DNA from: Vicinamibacteria bacterium
GTDB lineage: Bacteria; Acidobacteriota; Vicinamibacteria; Marinacidobacterales; Marinacidobacteraceae
NCBI GenBank assembly: GCA_965199715.1
Contig: CBDATA010000001.1
Location: 224,001 to 288,000, forward strand
Length of the DNA: 64,000 bases
Direction of reading: 5' to 3'
Shown: positions 36,796 through 51,794 of the stretch, piece after piece
Layout of the letters: every line of letters starts with the position of its first letter
Position numbering within the stretch: the stretch's first letter is position 1
The notes under the pieces: generated by a model
Told to the model about the DNA's origin: nothing
Databases searched by the model: none
Seen by the model: the letters and a program-made list of their open reading frames with translations, nothing else
Program-made: the position numbers and the translations under genes

Positions 36796-37724
36796 TGGCC
36801 GTAGCGGTGCTCGTCGAGCACGACGGGACGACTCCCGCGCCGATCACGTTCGAGCTTCTGGAAGCGGCCGGTCAGCTTGGCGGGCCGGTCGTTGCGGTCG
36901 TACCGGGCGCTACGGACCTCGCCGGCGAACTTCCCGCCGACGAGGTCCTCATCGTGGAGGGCGCGAGTCTTGAGACTGCCGACGGCTGCGCTGCGGCGCT
37001 CCTCGCCGCCGTCGCCGATCTCGGAGCGGAGATCACGCTGCTGCCGGACAGCGCCCTTGGCTGGGACGTGGCCCCGCTCGTCGCCGCTCCGCTCGGGGTC
37101 CCCGTCGCGACCGGGTGCACCGCGCTCCGGCGCGACGGCGCGGCGATCCTCGCGACCCGTAAGGCGTTTCTCGGCAAGTTCGTGCAGGAAGTCCGGCTGG
37201 AAGGGCCATGCGCGGTGGCCACGATGGAGCGCGGGGCGACCGAGCCCCGGGAACCGGCCCCGCCCGGCCGCGTGCGCGTGATCCCGCCGGAACTCCCCGA
37301 GCCCCGCTCCGAGCTCCTTGAGATCCGGGAGGACAGCGCTTCCGGCGACGTGGACCTGACCGGCGCCCCGGTGATCGTGGCCGCCGGGCGTGGCATGGGC
37401 TCGCCGGAGAACCTCAAGCTCGTCGAGGATCTGGCCGACGCGCTCGGCGGGAGCGTCGGAGCGTCCCGCGCCGTGACCGACGCCGGCTGGCTGCCCCACG
37501 ACCGCCAGATCGGCAGCAGCGGCGTGACCGTCTCGCCGCGCGTCTATGTCGCCTGCGGAATCTCCGGGGCGATCCAGCACCTCGTCGGCATGCGCGGCGC
37601 CCGGTTCGTGCTGGCGATCAACAAGGACCCGGAAGCCCCGATCTTCGGCGCGGCGCACGTGGGGATCGTGGGGGACGTGATGGAGATCCTGCCCGCGCTC
37701 GCCGAGGCGGCGCGGAAGGCCTAA
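36795..37724 (+). CDS. etfA: Electron transfer flavoprotein alpha subunit
   Basis: AGRG, GASRAVTDAGW, QIGSSG, GISGAIQHLVGM and AINKDPEAPIF motifs. Confidence 0.95.
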   Translation: MAVAVLVEHDGTTPAPITFELLEAAGQLGGPVVAVVPGATDLAGELPADEVLIVEGASLETADGCAAALLAAVADLGAEITLLPDSALGWDVAPLVAAPLGVPVATGCTALRRDGAAILATRKAFLGKFVQEVRLEGPCAVATMERGATEPREPAPPGRVRVIPPELPEPRSELLEIREDSASGDVDLTGAPVIVAAGRGMGSPENLKLVEDLADALGGSVGASRAVTDAGWLPHDRQIGSSGVTVSPRVYVACGISGAIQHLVGMRGARFVLAINKDPEAPIFGAAHVGIVGDVMEILPALAEAARKA

Positions 37725-37732
37725 GCCGGGGC

Positions 37733-37750
37733 CCCGCGTCAAGACGCGGG
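37733..37750. terminator. Short hairpin after etfA, possible terminator
   Basis: CCCGCGT-CAAG-ACGCGGG, 8 nt after the stop. Confidence 0.4.
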
Positions 37751-37785
37751 CTCGCCCGGGGGTTCGGAGCCGACGGACCGCGGCC

Positions 37786-38230
37786 TCATTGTCCCGAGGC
37801 GTCGTTCCCTTTCTCCCGGAGCAGATCCTCGACGACGTCGATCCGCGCAGCCAAGCGGGCGCGATGCGCTTCGACGGCTTCCGGCGCATACCCGCGACCC
37901 AGCGCGCGCTGCGCCGCCTGGTCCAGCATCCGACGCACGACGTCAGCCATTCCCGGACCGGTCGGCTTCGCCCACTCGGCGACGACCTTGAGCGCCTCGT
38001 TACGCAGCGTCGCCGCCTGGGTCGGAGTCAGTGGTCCATCCCTTCAGCGTGGCTTCCGCATCCGCGAGCCGCTCCAGAGCTTCCGGATCGCATGCGTCGC
38101 CGTCCGCCGCGCCGCCGGGGGGAGCGGTCGCCATCGGGGCCGCGGGACGATCCGCTGAACCATCGCAGGCGAACCCGCCGAGCGCCAGCGTCGGAAGCGC
38201 CATCCAACGCGGGATTCTTCCGCGTCTCAT
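37786..38230 (-). pseudogene. Helical lipoprotein of unknown function, about 147 aa, with one frameshift near 38040
   Basis: GGAGGT SD, ATG at 38230, signal ending GGFAC. Removing one G from AAGGGATGG continues into DGPLTPTQAATLRNEALKVVAEW..ASGQ-stop. Confidence 0.6.
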
Positions 38231-38352
38231 CTTCAACTCGCACCTCCTGGCGCGAGTTGACAAGCAAGCGAAATGCCGAAGACCGGCGCATCGGCCGGTC
38301 GGCACGCCCCTCGTCCGACGCGGACCGACCCTCGCGGTGCGCTGAAGCCGCC

Positions 38353-39747
38353 TCAAGGGCCGGTCATCGCTTCCGGGCGCACCCACTCGTCGAACTGCTC
38401 CTCGGTCAGGAGCTCCAGCGCCAGCGCCGCCTCGCGCAGCGACGTCCCGTCGGCGAACGCCTTCTTCGCGATCCGCGCCGCGTTGTCGTACCCGATGTGC
38501 GGGTTCAGCGCGGTCACCAGCATCAGCGACCGCTCGAGGTTCTGCTGGAGGCGCTCCCGGTTCGGCTCGATCCCGACGACGCACCGCTCCCGGAAGGAGT
38601 CCGAGCCGTCGGCGAGCAGCCGCGCGCTCTGGAGCAGGTTCGTCGCGATGAGCGGCATCATCACGTTCAACTCGAAGTTGCCGCCGGCGCCCCCCACATT
38701 CACGGCCACGTCGTTCCCGAACACCTGCGCGGTGGCCATCAACAGCGCCTCGCACTGGGTCGGGTTCACCTTGCCGGGCATGATCGAGCTTCCCGGCTCG
38801 TTCGCCGGCAGCGCGATCTCCCCGATTCCCGACCGCGGCCCCGAGCCCAGCCAGCGGACGTCGTTCGCGATCTTGTGCAGCGAGACCGCGACCGTCTTGA
38901 GCGCCCCGTGCGCGTGGACCAGCGCGTCCTTCGCGGCGAGCGCCTCGAACTTGTTGGGCGCGCTCGTGAACGCGAGCCCGGTGAGCCGGCTGAGCCACGC
39001 CGCGGCGCGGGGGCCGGTCTCGGGATGCGCGTTCAGCCCGGTCCCGACGGCGGTTCCGCCGAGCGCGAGTTCGCGGACGGCCGGAAGCGCCGCCTCGACC
39101 CGCTCCACGCCCCGGGCCACCTGCTCGCGGTAGCCCGAGAACTCCTGGCCGAGGGTCAGCGGCGTGGCGTCCTGGAGGTGGGTGCGCCCGATCTTGACCA
39201 CGTCGGCGAACGCCTCGGCGCGTTCGCCGAGCGCGTCCCGGAGCGCGCCCAGCGCCGGAACGACGCGGCCTTCCAGCGCCCGCGCCGCGGCCGCGTGCAG
39301 CGCGGTCGGGAACACGTCGTTCGAGGACTGCCCCCGGTTCACGTCGTCGTTGGGATGGACGAGGCGGTCCTCGCCGCGCTCGCCGCCGAGGATCTCGCTG
39401 GCGCGGTTCGCGAGCACCTCGTTCATGTTCATGTTCGACTGGGTGCCGCTGCCGGTCTGCCAGACGATGAGCGGGAACTCGTCGGCGTGCTCGCCCGCGA
39501 GCACCTCGTCCGCCGCGGCGACGATCGCGTCCGCCTTCCGTTCGTCGATCCGCCCGAGATCCCGGTTCACGAGCGCCGCCGCCTTCTTCACGAACGCGAG
39601 CGCCTCGACCACCTCCCGCGGCATGCGCTCGCCGGAGATGCGGAAATTCCGCCGCGAGCGCTCGGTCTGCGCCCCCCACAGCCGCTCCGCCGGAACCGCG
39701 ACCGGCCCGATGGCGTCCCGTTCGATGCGCTCGCCGCCGTCCGCCAT
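38353..39747 (-). CDS. fumC: Class II fumarate hydratase
   Basis: [22 protein letters not shown] and [15 protein letters not shown] motifs. Confidence 0.97.
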   Translation of the reverse strand: MADGGERIERDAIGPVAVPAERLWGAQTERSRRNFRISGERMPREVVEALAFVKKAAALVNRDLGRIDERKADAIVAAADEVLAGEHADEFPLIVWQTGSGTQSNMNMNEVLANRASEILGGERGEDRLVHPNDDVNRGQSSNDVFPTALHAAAARALEGRVVPALGALRDALGERAEAFADVVKIGRTHLQDATPLTLGQEFSGYREQVARGVERVEAALPAVRELALGGTAVGTGLNAHPETGPRAAAWLSRLTGLAFTSAPNKFEALAAKDALVHAHGALKTVAVSLHKIANDVRWLGSGPRSGIGEIALPANEPGSSIMPGKVNPTQCEALLMATAQVFGNDVAVNVGGAGGNFELNVMMPLIATNLLQSARLLADGSDSFRERCVVGIEPNRERLQQNLERSLMLVTALNPHIGYDNAARIAKKAFADGTSLREAALALELLTEEQFDEWVRPEAMTGP

Positions 39748-39794
39748 GGTGCTTTCCTCGCGGCGGATCGTAACCGGGCGCATAGGATGGAGCG

Positions 39795-45229
<5,435 letters not shown>

Positions 45230-45943
45230 CTACGTCCCGCCGATCCGGACGGGGATGTCCTCGGCCAGGTGCGTCCCGCGGCCCCGACAGCGGAACATGT
45301 CGTCGGACTCGACGGTCACCGAGGTCCAGGAGTCGTCCACGCCGCAGATGCTGGGCATGGCCGCCTCCTCGATCTCGTCCCCCGGATACGGGAGGCTCCG
45401 CGACTCCTCGCACGCCGTGAAGAAGTCCCCCTGCTCGAACCGCACGCGGATGTCGAAGCGAGGCACGGCCCCGCCCTCGGCTTCGGCGCCGGTGCGCGCC
45501 GTCCACGTGAAATGGAGCCAACCAGAAGTCCACGAACGTGGCGAGGCGCACGAGCCCGGAATCTCGTACGCCTCGTACGCCTCGGGCGCCTCGATCCCGG
45601 TAACTCCCACGACCGGCCCCGGAAGCTGAGCGAAACGGCGAACCTTCCCGGCGCGACCGCGGTCACCTGCCCCGCGCGGACCGTCGCCGCTTCGTCGTCG
45701 GAGGAGATCCGCGCCGCCGCCTCGGTGATCTCGACCGACGAGCCGTCGCTGCATGCGGAGGTCGCGTCGAGCTGGACCGTCCGGCCCACCGCGAGACGTT
45801 CCGCATCCACGAACCACGTCGGTCCGGTGACGACGATCTCGGTGAGCGCGGGGCGGGGCCGGGGCCGAGACCGGGGCCACGGGATCGGAACCCCCGCACG
45901 CCCCGGCCGGGACGGCGAGCGCGAGCGGCCCCGCGCCCCTCAT
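45230..45943 (-). pseudogene. Lipoprotein with an Ig-like (Big_2-type) domain, two frameshifts
   Basis: AGAC lipobox. The Ig-like segment LAVGRTVQLDAT..GQVTAVAPG lies in a different frame between about 45850 and 45620. Confidence 0.55.
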
Positions 45944-47070
45944 CCGAGGAACGTGCGGACGAACGTCCCGATCCCGAACCCGAGGTAGTTCCCGACCGCG
46001 TAGCCGGCGAGCGCGACCGCGACGCCGGGAAGCAGCTTGTCGCCGTAACCCCGCGCCGACGCGATCGCCACCGCCGAGGCCGCGCCGCCGACGTTCGCCT
46101 GCGACGCGACCACGAGCGTCCCCGCGTCGAACCGCAGGAGGCGGCCCACGCCGAAGATCACGAGGCCGTGGGTCGCGACCGTCACCAGCGCGAAGAGGAA
46201 CAGCGCCGGGCCGGCGGCGAGCATCTCGGAGACGAGCGACTGCGCCCCGTTTCCGGCGAGGAACAAGTAGAGCAAGGAGTTCCCGAGCACCGGCGCGCCC
46301 CGCAGCTTCCGCACCGCCGGCGTGTGGCCGAGGACGAGCGCGATCGTGGTCAGCCAGAGCACCGCCGGAATCGCGGGGACGGCCCCGGCGAGAAGCCGCG
46401 CCCCGCTCATCGCCCCGAGCGTGATCGCGGCGAGTCCGAAGAAGTCCATCATCCGGAGGCTTTCGCCGCTCTCCTTGAGCCGCTGCTCAAGCGTCATCGG
46501 CCCGCTTCCGGGCGCCACCGGCTCGAGCCCCTCGCCGCCGCGCAGCACCGCTGGAACCACGAGACAGGTGGCGAGCCATGCGGCGGTCACGATCACGTCG
46601 GCGGCGACCGCCCCCGACATGATCGCGGGGTCGGTCCCGAACGCGCTGGCGAGCGCGTAGAAGTTGGCCCCGCCGCCGATGTAGGTGCCGGTGAACTGGC
46701 CGGTCAGCTTCCACGCCTCGCCGCCGACGGCCCCCGAGAGCAGGAAGAACGCGAGCAGCGTCCCGGCCATGGTGCCGAGCGCCCCGAGCCCGAAGGCCCC
46801 GAGCATCGTCCGCCCGGCGTCGCGCACCGTGCGGAGGTCCACGTTGAGCAACACGAGCACGATGGCCGCGTTCACCCAGATGTTCCCGAGCTGGTAGTAC
46901 GCCGGGGCGTCTCCCGGGAGGAGTCCCGAGTTCGAGAGGATCATCCCGAAGACGAGACACATCAGCCCGGCGCTCATGGCCCGGAAGAACCGGAAGCTCT
47001 TCTCGAGCCAGACCGCGAGGAACACGGCGGCCGCGAGGACGAGGAAGACCCCGAACGGGTCCTGGATCAC
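45940..47070 (-). CDS. DUF819-family multi-TM membrane protein
   Basis: TGTYIGGGANF and VASQANVGG motifs; about 11 TM segments. Confidence 0.8.
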   Translation of the reverse strand: MIQDPFGVFLVLAAAVFLAVWLEKSFRFFRAMSAGLMCLVFGMILSNSGLLPGDAPAYYQLGNIWVNAAIVLVLLNVDLRTVRDAGRTMLGAFGLGALGTMAGTLLAFFLLSGAVGGEAWKLTGQFTGTYIGGGANFYALASAFGTDPAIMSGAVAADVIVTAAWLATCLVVPAVLRGGEGLEPVAPGSGPMTLEQRLKESGESLRMMDFFGLAAITLGAMSGARLLAGAVPAIPAVLWLTTIALVLGHTPAVRKLRGAPVLGNSLLYLFLAGNGAQSLVSEMLAAGPALFLFALVTVATHGLVIFGVGRLLRFDAGTLVVASQANVGGAASAVAIASARGYGDKLLPGVAVALAGYAVGNYLGFGIGTFVRTFLG

Positions 47071-47080
47071 GGAACCTCGC

Positions 47081-48187
47081 TCAGCGGATGCCGTCAGCCC
47101 ACTCGCGCACCGGGTTCGTGAGGGTCCCGACGCCCTCCGCCCAGCACGAGGCGGTGTCGCCGGGCTTCATGAAAATCGGCGGGATCCGGGCGTACCCCAC
47201 GCCGTCGGGGGTTCCGGTGGCGATCACGTCGCCGGGGCGCAGGATGAGGTTGTTCGAGGCGTAGTGGATCAGCTCGGGGATCTTGTGCTGCATCAGGCTG
47301 GTGTTCGAGTCCTGCATGATCTCGCCCGAGAGCGTGAACCGGATGTCCAGCACGTGCGGGTCGGCCACGAACTCCGCCGGGGTGATGAACGGCCCGAGCG
47401 GCGCGAACGTCTCGGTGCTCTTCCAGACGAGCCAGTCCGAGCCGTAGCGGTTGTCGCCGCGCCCCTCGCGGTCGCCCACGTCGTTCATCATGGTGTATCC
47501 GAAGACGTGCGCCGCGGCGTCCTCCGTCGGCGCGTCGCTGGCCGGCTTGCCGATCACGACCGCGAGCTCGCACTCCCAGTCCATCTGCTCCCGCCCCTCC
47601 TTCATCAGGATGGGCTCCCCGGCGCCGATGACGATGCCCCCGGGCTTCATGAACAGGTAGGGGTTCTGGCGGCGGTCGTCCGGCTCCCGTCGCCAGAAGT
47701 GGTCCATCGAGACCGGGGCGTCGTCGAGCGCCGAGGAGTCCGACATCTCCGCCGCGAGCCCGGTGGTCATCTCCACGCCGTGCTCGGGGTAGTTGAGGGC
47801 GGTCGCGAGGATGAGGCCCGGCCGCACCGGCGGAAAGACGTGAAGCTCGGCGAGGTCGTGGACCCACACCGGCCGCTCGCCGCCGTCCAGCATCGGGACC
47901 ACCCGGTCCACGATGGCGTGGACGCGCTCGCGCATCCCGATCGCCCAGCGGCCGGCCATCTCGCTCATGTCGCCGGGCATCGGAAGGCGCACCCACATCC
48001 GGCTGCGGCGCTCGAGCGACTCGTTGGCGCGGCCCAGATCGACCACGAGGCTGTCGCGGAGCACGATCCCGAGGAAGGCCTCGCCCCGGTGCTCGAAGCT
48101 GCCGAGGCGGAAGGGCTCGACCGAGGCCGAAGCGGGCGCCGCGGCGAGCGCCGCCAAGAGGAGCAGGGATCGCATGGTCGGCCTCAC
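47081..48187 (-). CDS. Fumarylacetoacetate hydrolase family protein with a signal peptide
   Basis: ALNYPEH, DWECELAVVIGK, GYTMMND, GPFITP and GDVIATGTPDGVG motifs. Confidence 0.88.
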   Translation of the reverse strand: MRPTMRSLLLLAALAAAPASASVEPFRLGSFEHRGEAFLGIVLRDSLVVDLGRANESLERRSRMWVRLPMPGDMSEMAGRWAIGMRERVHAIVDRVVPMLDGGERPVWVHDLAELHVFPPVRPGLILATALNYPEHGVEMTTGLAAEMSDSSALDDAPVSMDHFWRREPDDRRQNPYLFMKPGGIVIGAGEPILMKEGREQMDWECELAVVIGKPASDAPTEDAAAHVFGYTMMNDVGDREGRGDNRYGSDWLVWKSTETFAPLGPFITPAEFVADPHVLDIRFTLSGEIMQDSNTSLMQHKIPELIHYASNNLILRPGDVIATGTPDGVGYARIPPIFMKPGDTASCWAEGVGTLTNPVREWADGIR

Positions 48188-49806
48188 GGAACGAGATCAA
48201 GGATGGGATCCTTGATCCCGGTCATTTCCCAGCGCGCGAGCGTGATGGGGATCACGCCGGCGTCGTGGAAGGCGTCGAAGAAGCCGCGGATCGAGAAGTC
48301 CTCGCCCCGCTCGACGGCGTACTCGGCCAGCAGCTCCTCGATCTGGATCTTCCCGGTCACGTAGCTGGTCCCATAGCCGGGCTGGCGCAAGTAGAGCTGC
48401 TGCTCGCCGCGCACCAGCGCGCCCTCGGTCAGCCATCCCCGGGGCGTCCAGCGCATCGCGTGCGCGACCGCTTCCTCCATGTCGAACGAATGGCCGTGGA
48501 GCATGAGTCCGGACAGCGCCCGCGCAGCCCGCTGGGCGAGCATGATCCACGTCAGTTCGCGCGAGCGCGGCGAGCCCTCGAGCAGCCCGAGGTGCATGAA
48601 CATCTCCTCGACCCCGGTGGCCAGCCCCTCGGAGCGGGCGTCGAAGATGTTGTAGAGGGACGGAACGCGCCGGATCGGGCTCGAATGCGGGTCCTCGCGC
48701 ATGGCGGCGAGCTCGATCCAGTGGTGCATGTGCGGACGGAAGGCGTCCGGATCCCGGTAGTTCACCTCGTTGAAGAAATTCCGCAGCTCGTCGGGATCGT
48801 CGATCGGGGCGTAGGCGCCGTTCACCGCGGCCAGCGCCGGCTCCATCCACGGCTCGACGGTCTGGATCTCCTCGCGCTCGAGGAAGTCCATGTACATGCG
48901 CACCGACTCGTCGAGCTCCCGGTCGTACTCCTCGGCGGACGCGATCCGGTCCAGGTCGGGAAGCCGCCGGTTGCGGTTCTCCTCGAGGCGCATCGAGGAG
49001 TGCGAGCGGGCCAGCTCCCGCCGCATGAGCGTGACCTGCTCCTCCCACGACCACGGCACGAGGTGGACGCGCTGCATCTTCCACGTGTAGTTCTCCGCGC
49101 CCACTCCGGACTCGCCGGTGCGGTTCGGAGCCTCGGCCTCGAGCCAGTCAGCGAACGCGACGCTCGCCTCGCGCGCCGCCGCCACCGCCTCGTCGAGCGC
49201 GGCGGAGGTTCCGACGATCTCCTCGCCGAACGCCGCGAGGTCGGTCGCCTGGCCCCGAAAGGAGCGGATCCCCGACAGCCAGAGGTCGCGGGCGTTCGAG
49301 CCGGCGAGGTTGGCGCGCGCCTGCTCCAACAGCGCCGGCGTGGACGCGATCCGGGCGGCGAGGTCTTCGGCCGCGTCGTCCGACAGCGGGTACTCCTCGA
49401 GCCACAGGTCGATGAACCCGTGGATGACCGCGCCCTCGTGCGCCGGCACGTCGCTTTGCGCCGGGAAGATGGTCACGTAGAAAGCCGGGTCGCGCGCCCA
49501 CGGGCGGCGCACTCGGTGGTCGAAGTCGAGCCCGTTCATCTCCGCCCGGACGATGTGCCAGTCCACCTGCTCCGCGACCGGCCAATCCCCGGGAGCGAGC
49601 GCGTCGAGGCGGGCGCGCAACTCGGGCAACGCGCGCTGCTGGCGCTCCATCGCCGCTTCGGAATAGTCCGGGACGCCGCTCTCGAACGCGGGCCGCTCGA
49701 AGGCGCGCCACTCGTGGAAGAGCGCGACGAGGTCGTCGTGCGACTGGCCGAACGCCGGCGACCAGGCGAGCGTCAGGCCGGCGAGCAGGAGTGAACGACG
49801 GCGCAC
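48184..49806 (-). CDS. Secreted DUF885-like protein
   Basis: GTG at 49806 with signal peptide; PWARDPAFY, SEGLAT, YLRQPGYGTSYVTGK and FFDAF motifs. Confidence 0.7.
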   Translation of the reverse strand: MRRRSLLLAGLTLAWSPAFGQSHDDLVALFHEWRAFERPAFESGVPDYSEAAMERQQRALPELRARLDALAPGDWPVAEQVDWHIVRAEMNGLDFDHRVRRPWARDPAFYVTIFPAQSDVPAHEGAVIHGFIDLWLEEYPLSDDAAEDLAARIASTPALLEQARANLAGSNARDLWLSGIRSFRGQATDLAAFGEEIVGTSAALDEAVAAAREASVAFADWLEAEAPNRTGESGVGAENYTWKMQRVHLVPWSWEEQVTLMRRELARSHSSMRLEENRNRRLPDLDRIASAEEYDRELDESVRMYMDFLEREEIQTVEPWMEPALAAVNGAYAPIDDPDELRNFFNEVNYRDPDAFRPHMHHWIELAAMREDPHSSPIRRVPSLYNIFDARSEGLATGVEEMFMHLGLLEGSPRSRELTWIMLAQRAARALSGLMLHGHSFDMEEAVAHAMRWTPRGWLTEGALVRGEQQLYLRQPGYGTSYVTGKIQIEELLAEYAVERGEDFSIRGFFDAFHDAGVIPITLARWEMTGIKDPILDLVP

Positions 49807-49811
49807 CGCGC

Positions 49812-50912
49812 TCAGACCGCGCGCCGGAGCGCGGCCAGGAACCGGTCCACGTCGGCGTCGGTGTGGTAGTGGGCGAGCGAGGCCCGGATCGCTCCGGCCT
49901 TCGGATCGACGGAGTAGGCCTGCAGCGCCTCCGGGGCGCCGAGGTCGCCGTGCTCCACCCGAATCCCCTCGGCGCGAAGCCGCTTGACGACGGCGGCGTC
50001 GTCGCTCCAGGTGACGAACGCGAACACCGGGATGCGCGACGCGGCGCGCCAGGGGTCGGCGTCGCCGAGCAGCCGCACGCCCTCGATCCAGCGGAGCCCG
50101 GAGAGCAGCTTGCGGGTGAGCACGCGCTCGTCCTGCCGGATCCCCTGCATCCCCCGGCGCATCGCTTCGCGCCGTCCGAACCGATCGGAGGGGGGCGCCA
50201 CCACGAGCGGCGCGCCCTCCCCGAGCGCCTCCACGTAGCGGGTGATCGACGAGAGCCCCGACGCGGTCCCCGACGAGACCGCCGGCGGGTCGGCGAGATG
50301 GGGACGCTTCGTCCACATGGCGGATCCGCCCGCGCCGAACAGGTCCCCGCCGTCGAGGAGCACGCCGTCGCAGCGGAACCGGCGCACGTCGAGCGGGCCG
50401 TGCGACGCGAAGTGGCTCGCCTCGACCACGAGCAGGATGTCGGTCCCGGCGAGGAGCTGCGAGTGCGGGACGACCTCGAGCAGCTCGCCGGTCACCGCGC
50501 ACGCCTTGCTCATCAGGACCATGCGGGTGCGGCCGTCGAGCAGCGGCTTCAGCTCGGAGCCGACCGGCCAGTCCACGGCCTCCACGCTGCGTGGAAGGGC
50601 GTCGAGGATCGCCTTGCGGCGGGGCGCCGGCTCGCGCATCGAGACCACCACCCGGTCCCCGGCGGAAAAGCCCGCCGAGCCCATGAGCCGGGCGACCAGA
50701 TCGGCGTAGTCGTCCGCGAGGGTCACCTGCGCCGGGGCCTGGCTCTCGTTCGAGTTCCAGAACCATGCGAGGTCGGTGACCGCCTCTGGAATCGTGGCCT
50801 CGACCGGTACGCCGAGGCGCCTCGGAGCCGCAGCGGCGTCAAGGTCCAGTTCGTCCGGCGGCGGGGGACGAAACGCGTCGCGTACCAATTCAGTGGGCAG
50901 GTGCATGGTCAT
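49812..50912 (-). CDS. Class-V aminotransferase/cysteine desulfurase-like protein, PLP lysine apparently absent
   Basis: LLDGRTRMV, EASHFASHGPLDV and GAIRASLAHYHTDADVDRFL. Confidence 0.75.
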   Translation of the reverse strand: MTMHLPTELVRDAFRPPPPDELDLDAAAAPRRLGVPVEATIPEAVTDLAWFWNSNESQAPAQVTLADDYADLVARLMGSAGFSAGDRVVVSMREPAPRRKAILDALPRSVEAVDWPVGSELKPLLDGRTRMVLMSKACAVTGELLEVVPHSQLLAGTDILLVVEASHFASHGPLDVRRFRCDGVLLDGGDLFGAGGSAMWTKRPHLADPPAVSSGTASGLSSITRYVEALGEGAPLVVAPPSDRFGRREAMRRGMQGIRQDERVLTRKLLSGLRWIEGVRLLGDADPWRAASRIPVFAFVTWSDDAAVVKRLRAEGIRVEHGDLGAPEALQAYSVDPKAGAIRASLAHYHTDADVDRFLAALRRAV

Positions 50913-50915
50913 GCG

Positions 50916-50922
50916 TAGGATA
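50916..50922. promoter_or_regulatory. Overlapping divergent -10 boxes (TAGGAT plus, TATCCT minus)
   Basis: 15-bp divergent spacer; TAGGAT lies 6 nt before the ygfZ GTG. Confidence 0.5.
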
Positions 50923-50927
50923 GGCGA

Positions 50928-51794
50928 GTGCCGCGCCCGCCCCATCCGCTCGCCGACGGCCCCCGGATCACGAGGGAGGCGGCGGCGCTCGTGCGGGTCG
51001 CCGGCGCCGACCGGCGCTCGTTCCTGACGCGGGTCATGTCGGGCGACCTGCCCCCCTCGGGAGCCGCCCCGACGGCGTTGCTGGGCCCCCGGGGGGCGCT
51101 GCGCGCGGTCGGCGTAGCGGCCGTTCTGCCGGACCGGATCGACCTCCATTGCGGCGCGGAGGAAGCGGAGGGACTGCGGGCCGCGCTCGACCGGTACCTG
51201 ATCGCCGACGACGTGACGCTTGAGGTCGCGCCCGCGGCGGCGACGCGCATCGACGGACAGGACGCGCCCGAGGCGTTCGCCGCGCTGCCCGACGGCTTCC
51301 TGCTGCGGGCGCGCCGTCCGTGGCCCTCGTTCGTCGTCGTCCAGGAGCCGCCGGGAGGCGGCGCGTGGGAAGACGGCGCGACGCCGACTTCGCCCGAGGA
51401 GGCCGAGTGGCTGCGCATCGCGGCGGGCGAGCCGCGTTGGGGGTTCGAGGCCGACGCGACCTCGCTGCCGCTTCAGTGCGGGTACGCGGCGCACGTCCGG
51501 CTCGGCAAGGGCTGCTACATCGGGCAGGAGTACGTGGCGCGCCAGGCGCACCGGGGCCGCGTCAGCCGGCAACTCGTCGGGATCGCCTTCGACGGGGCGG
51601 CCGCGCCGCCCGGGGCTGCGGTCTGGATCGACGGACGAGACGTGGGCAAGCTGACCAGCGCCGCCTCGATTCCCGGGTCCGCGCTCGGGCTGGCGCTCGT
51701 GGCGGCGGGCGTTCCGCCGGGACCGCGCGCGCTCGTCGGCGACCGCCCGGCTGCCGCGTTCCCCCTTCCCTTCCCGGAGGAGGCGCTCCCTTGA
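50928..51794 (+). CDS. ygfZ: YgfZ/GcvT-family folate-binding protein
   Basis: KGCYIGQE signature; GADRRSFL. Confidence 0.88.
   Translation: MPRPPHPLADGPRITREAAALVRVAGADRRSFLTRVMSGDLPPSGAAPTALLGPRGALRAVGVAAVLPDRIDLHCGAEEAEGLRAALDRYLIADDVTLEVAPAAATRIDGQDAPEAFAALPDGFLLRARRPWPSFVVVQEPPGGGAWEDGATPTSPEEAEWLRIAAGEPRWGFEADATSLPLQCGYAAHVRLGKGCYIGQEYVARQAHRGRVSRQLVGIAFDGAAAPPGAAVWIDGRDVGKLTSAASIPGSALGLALVAAGVPPGPRALVGDRPAAAFPLPFPEEALP

Noticed and set aside
36043-37100. Somewhat more T/A-ending codons in etfB and the start of etfA, hinting at horizontal transfer
   Set aside because: The impression was not quantified, the genes are ordinary, and there are no mobility signals
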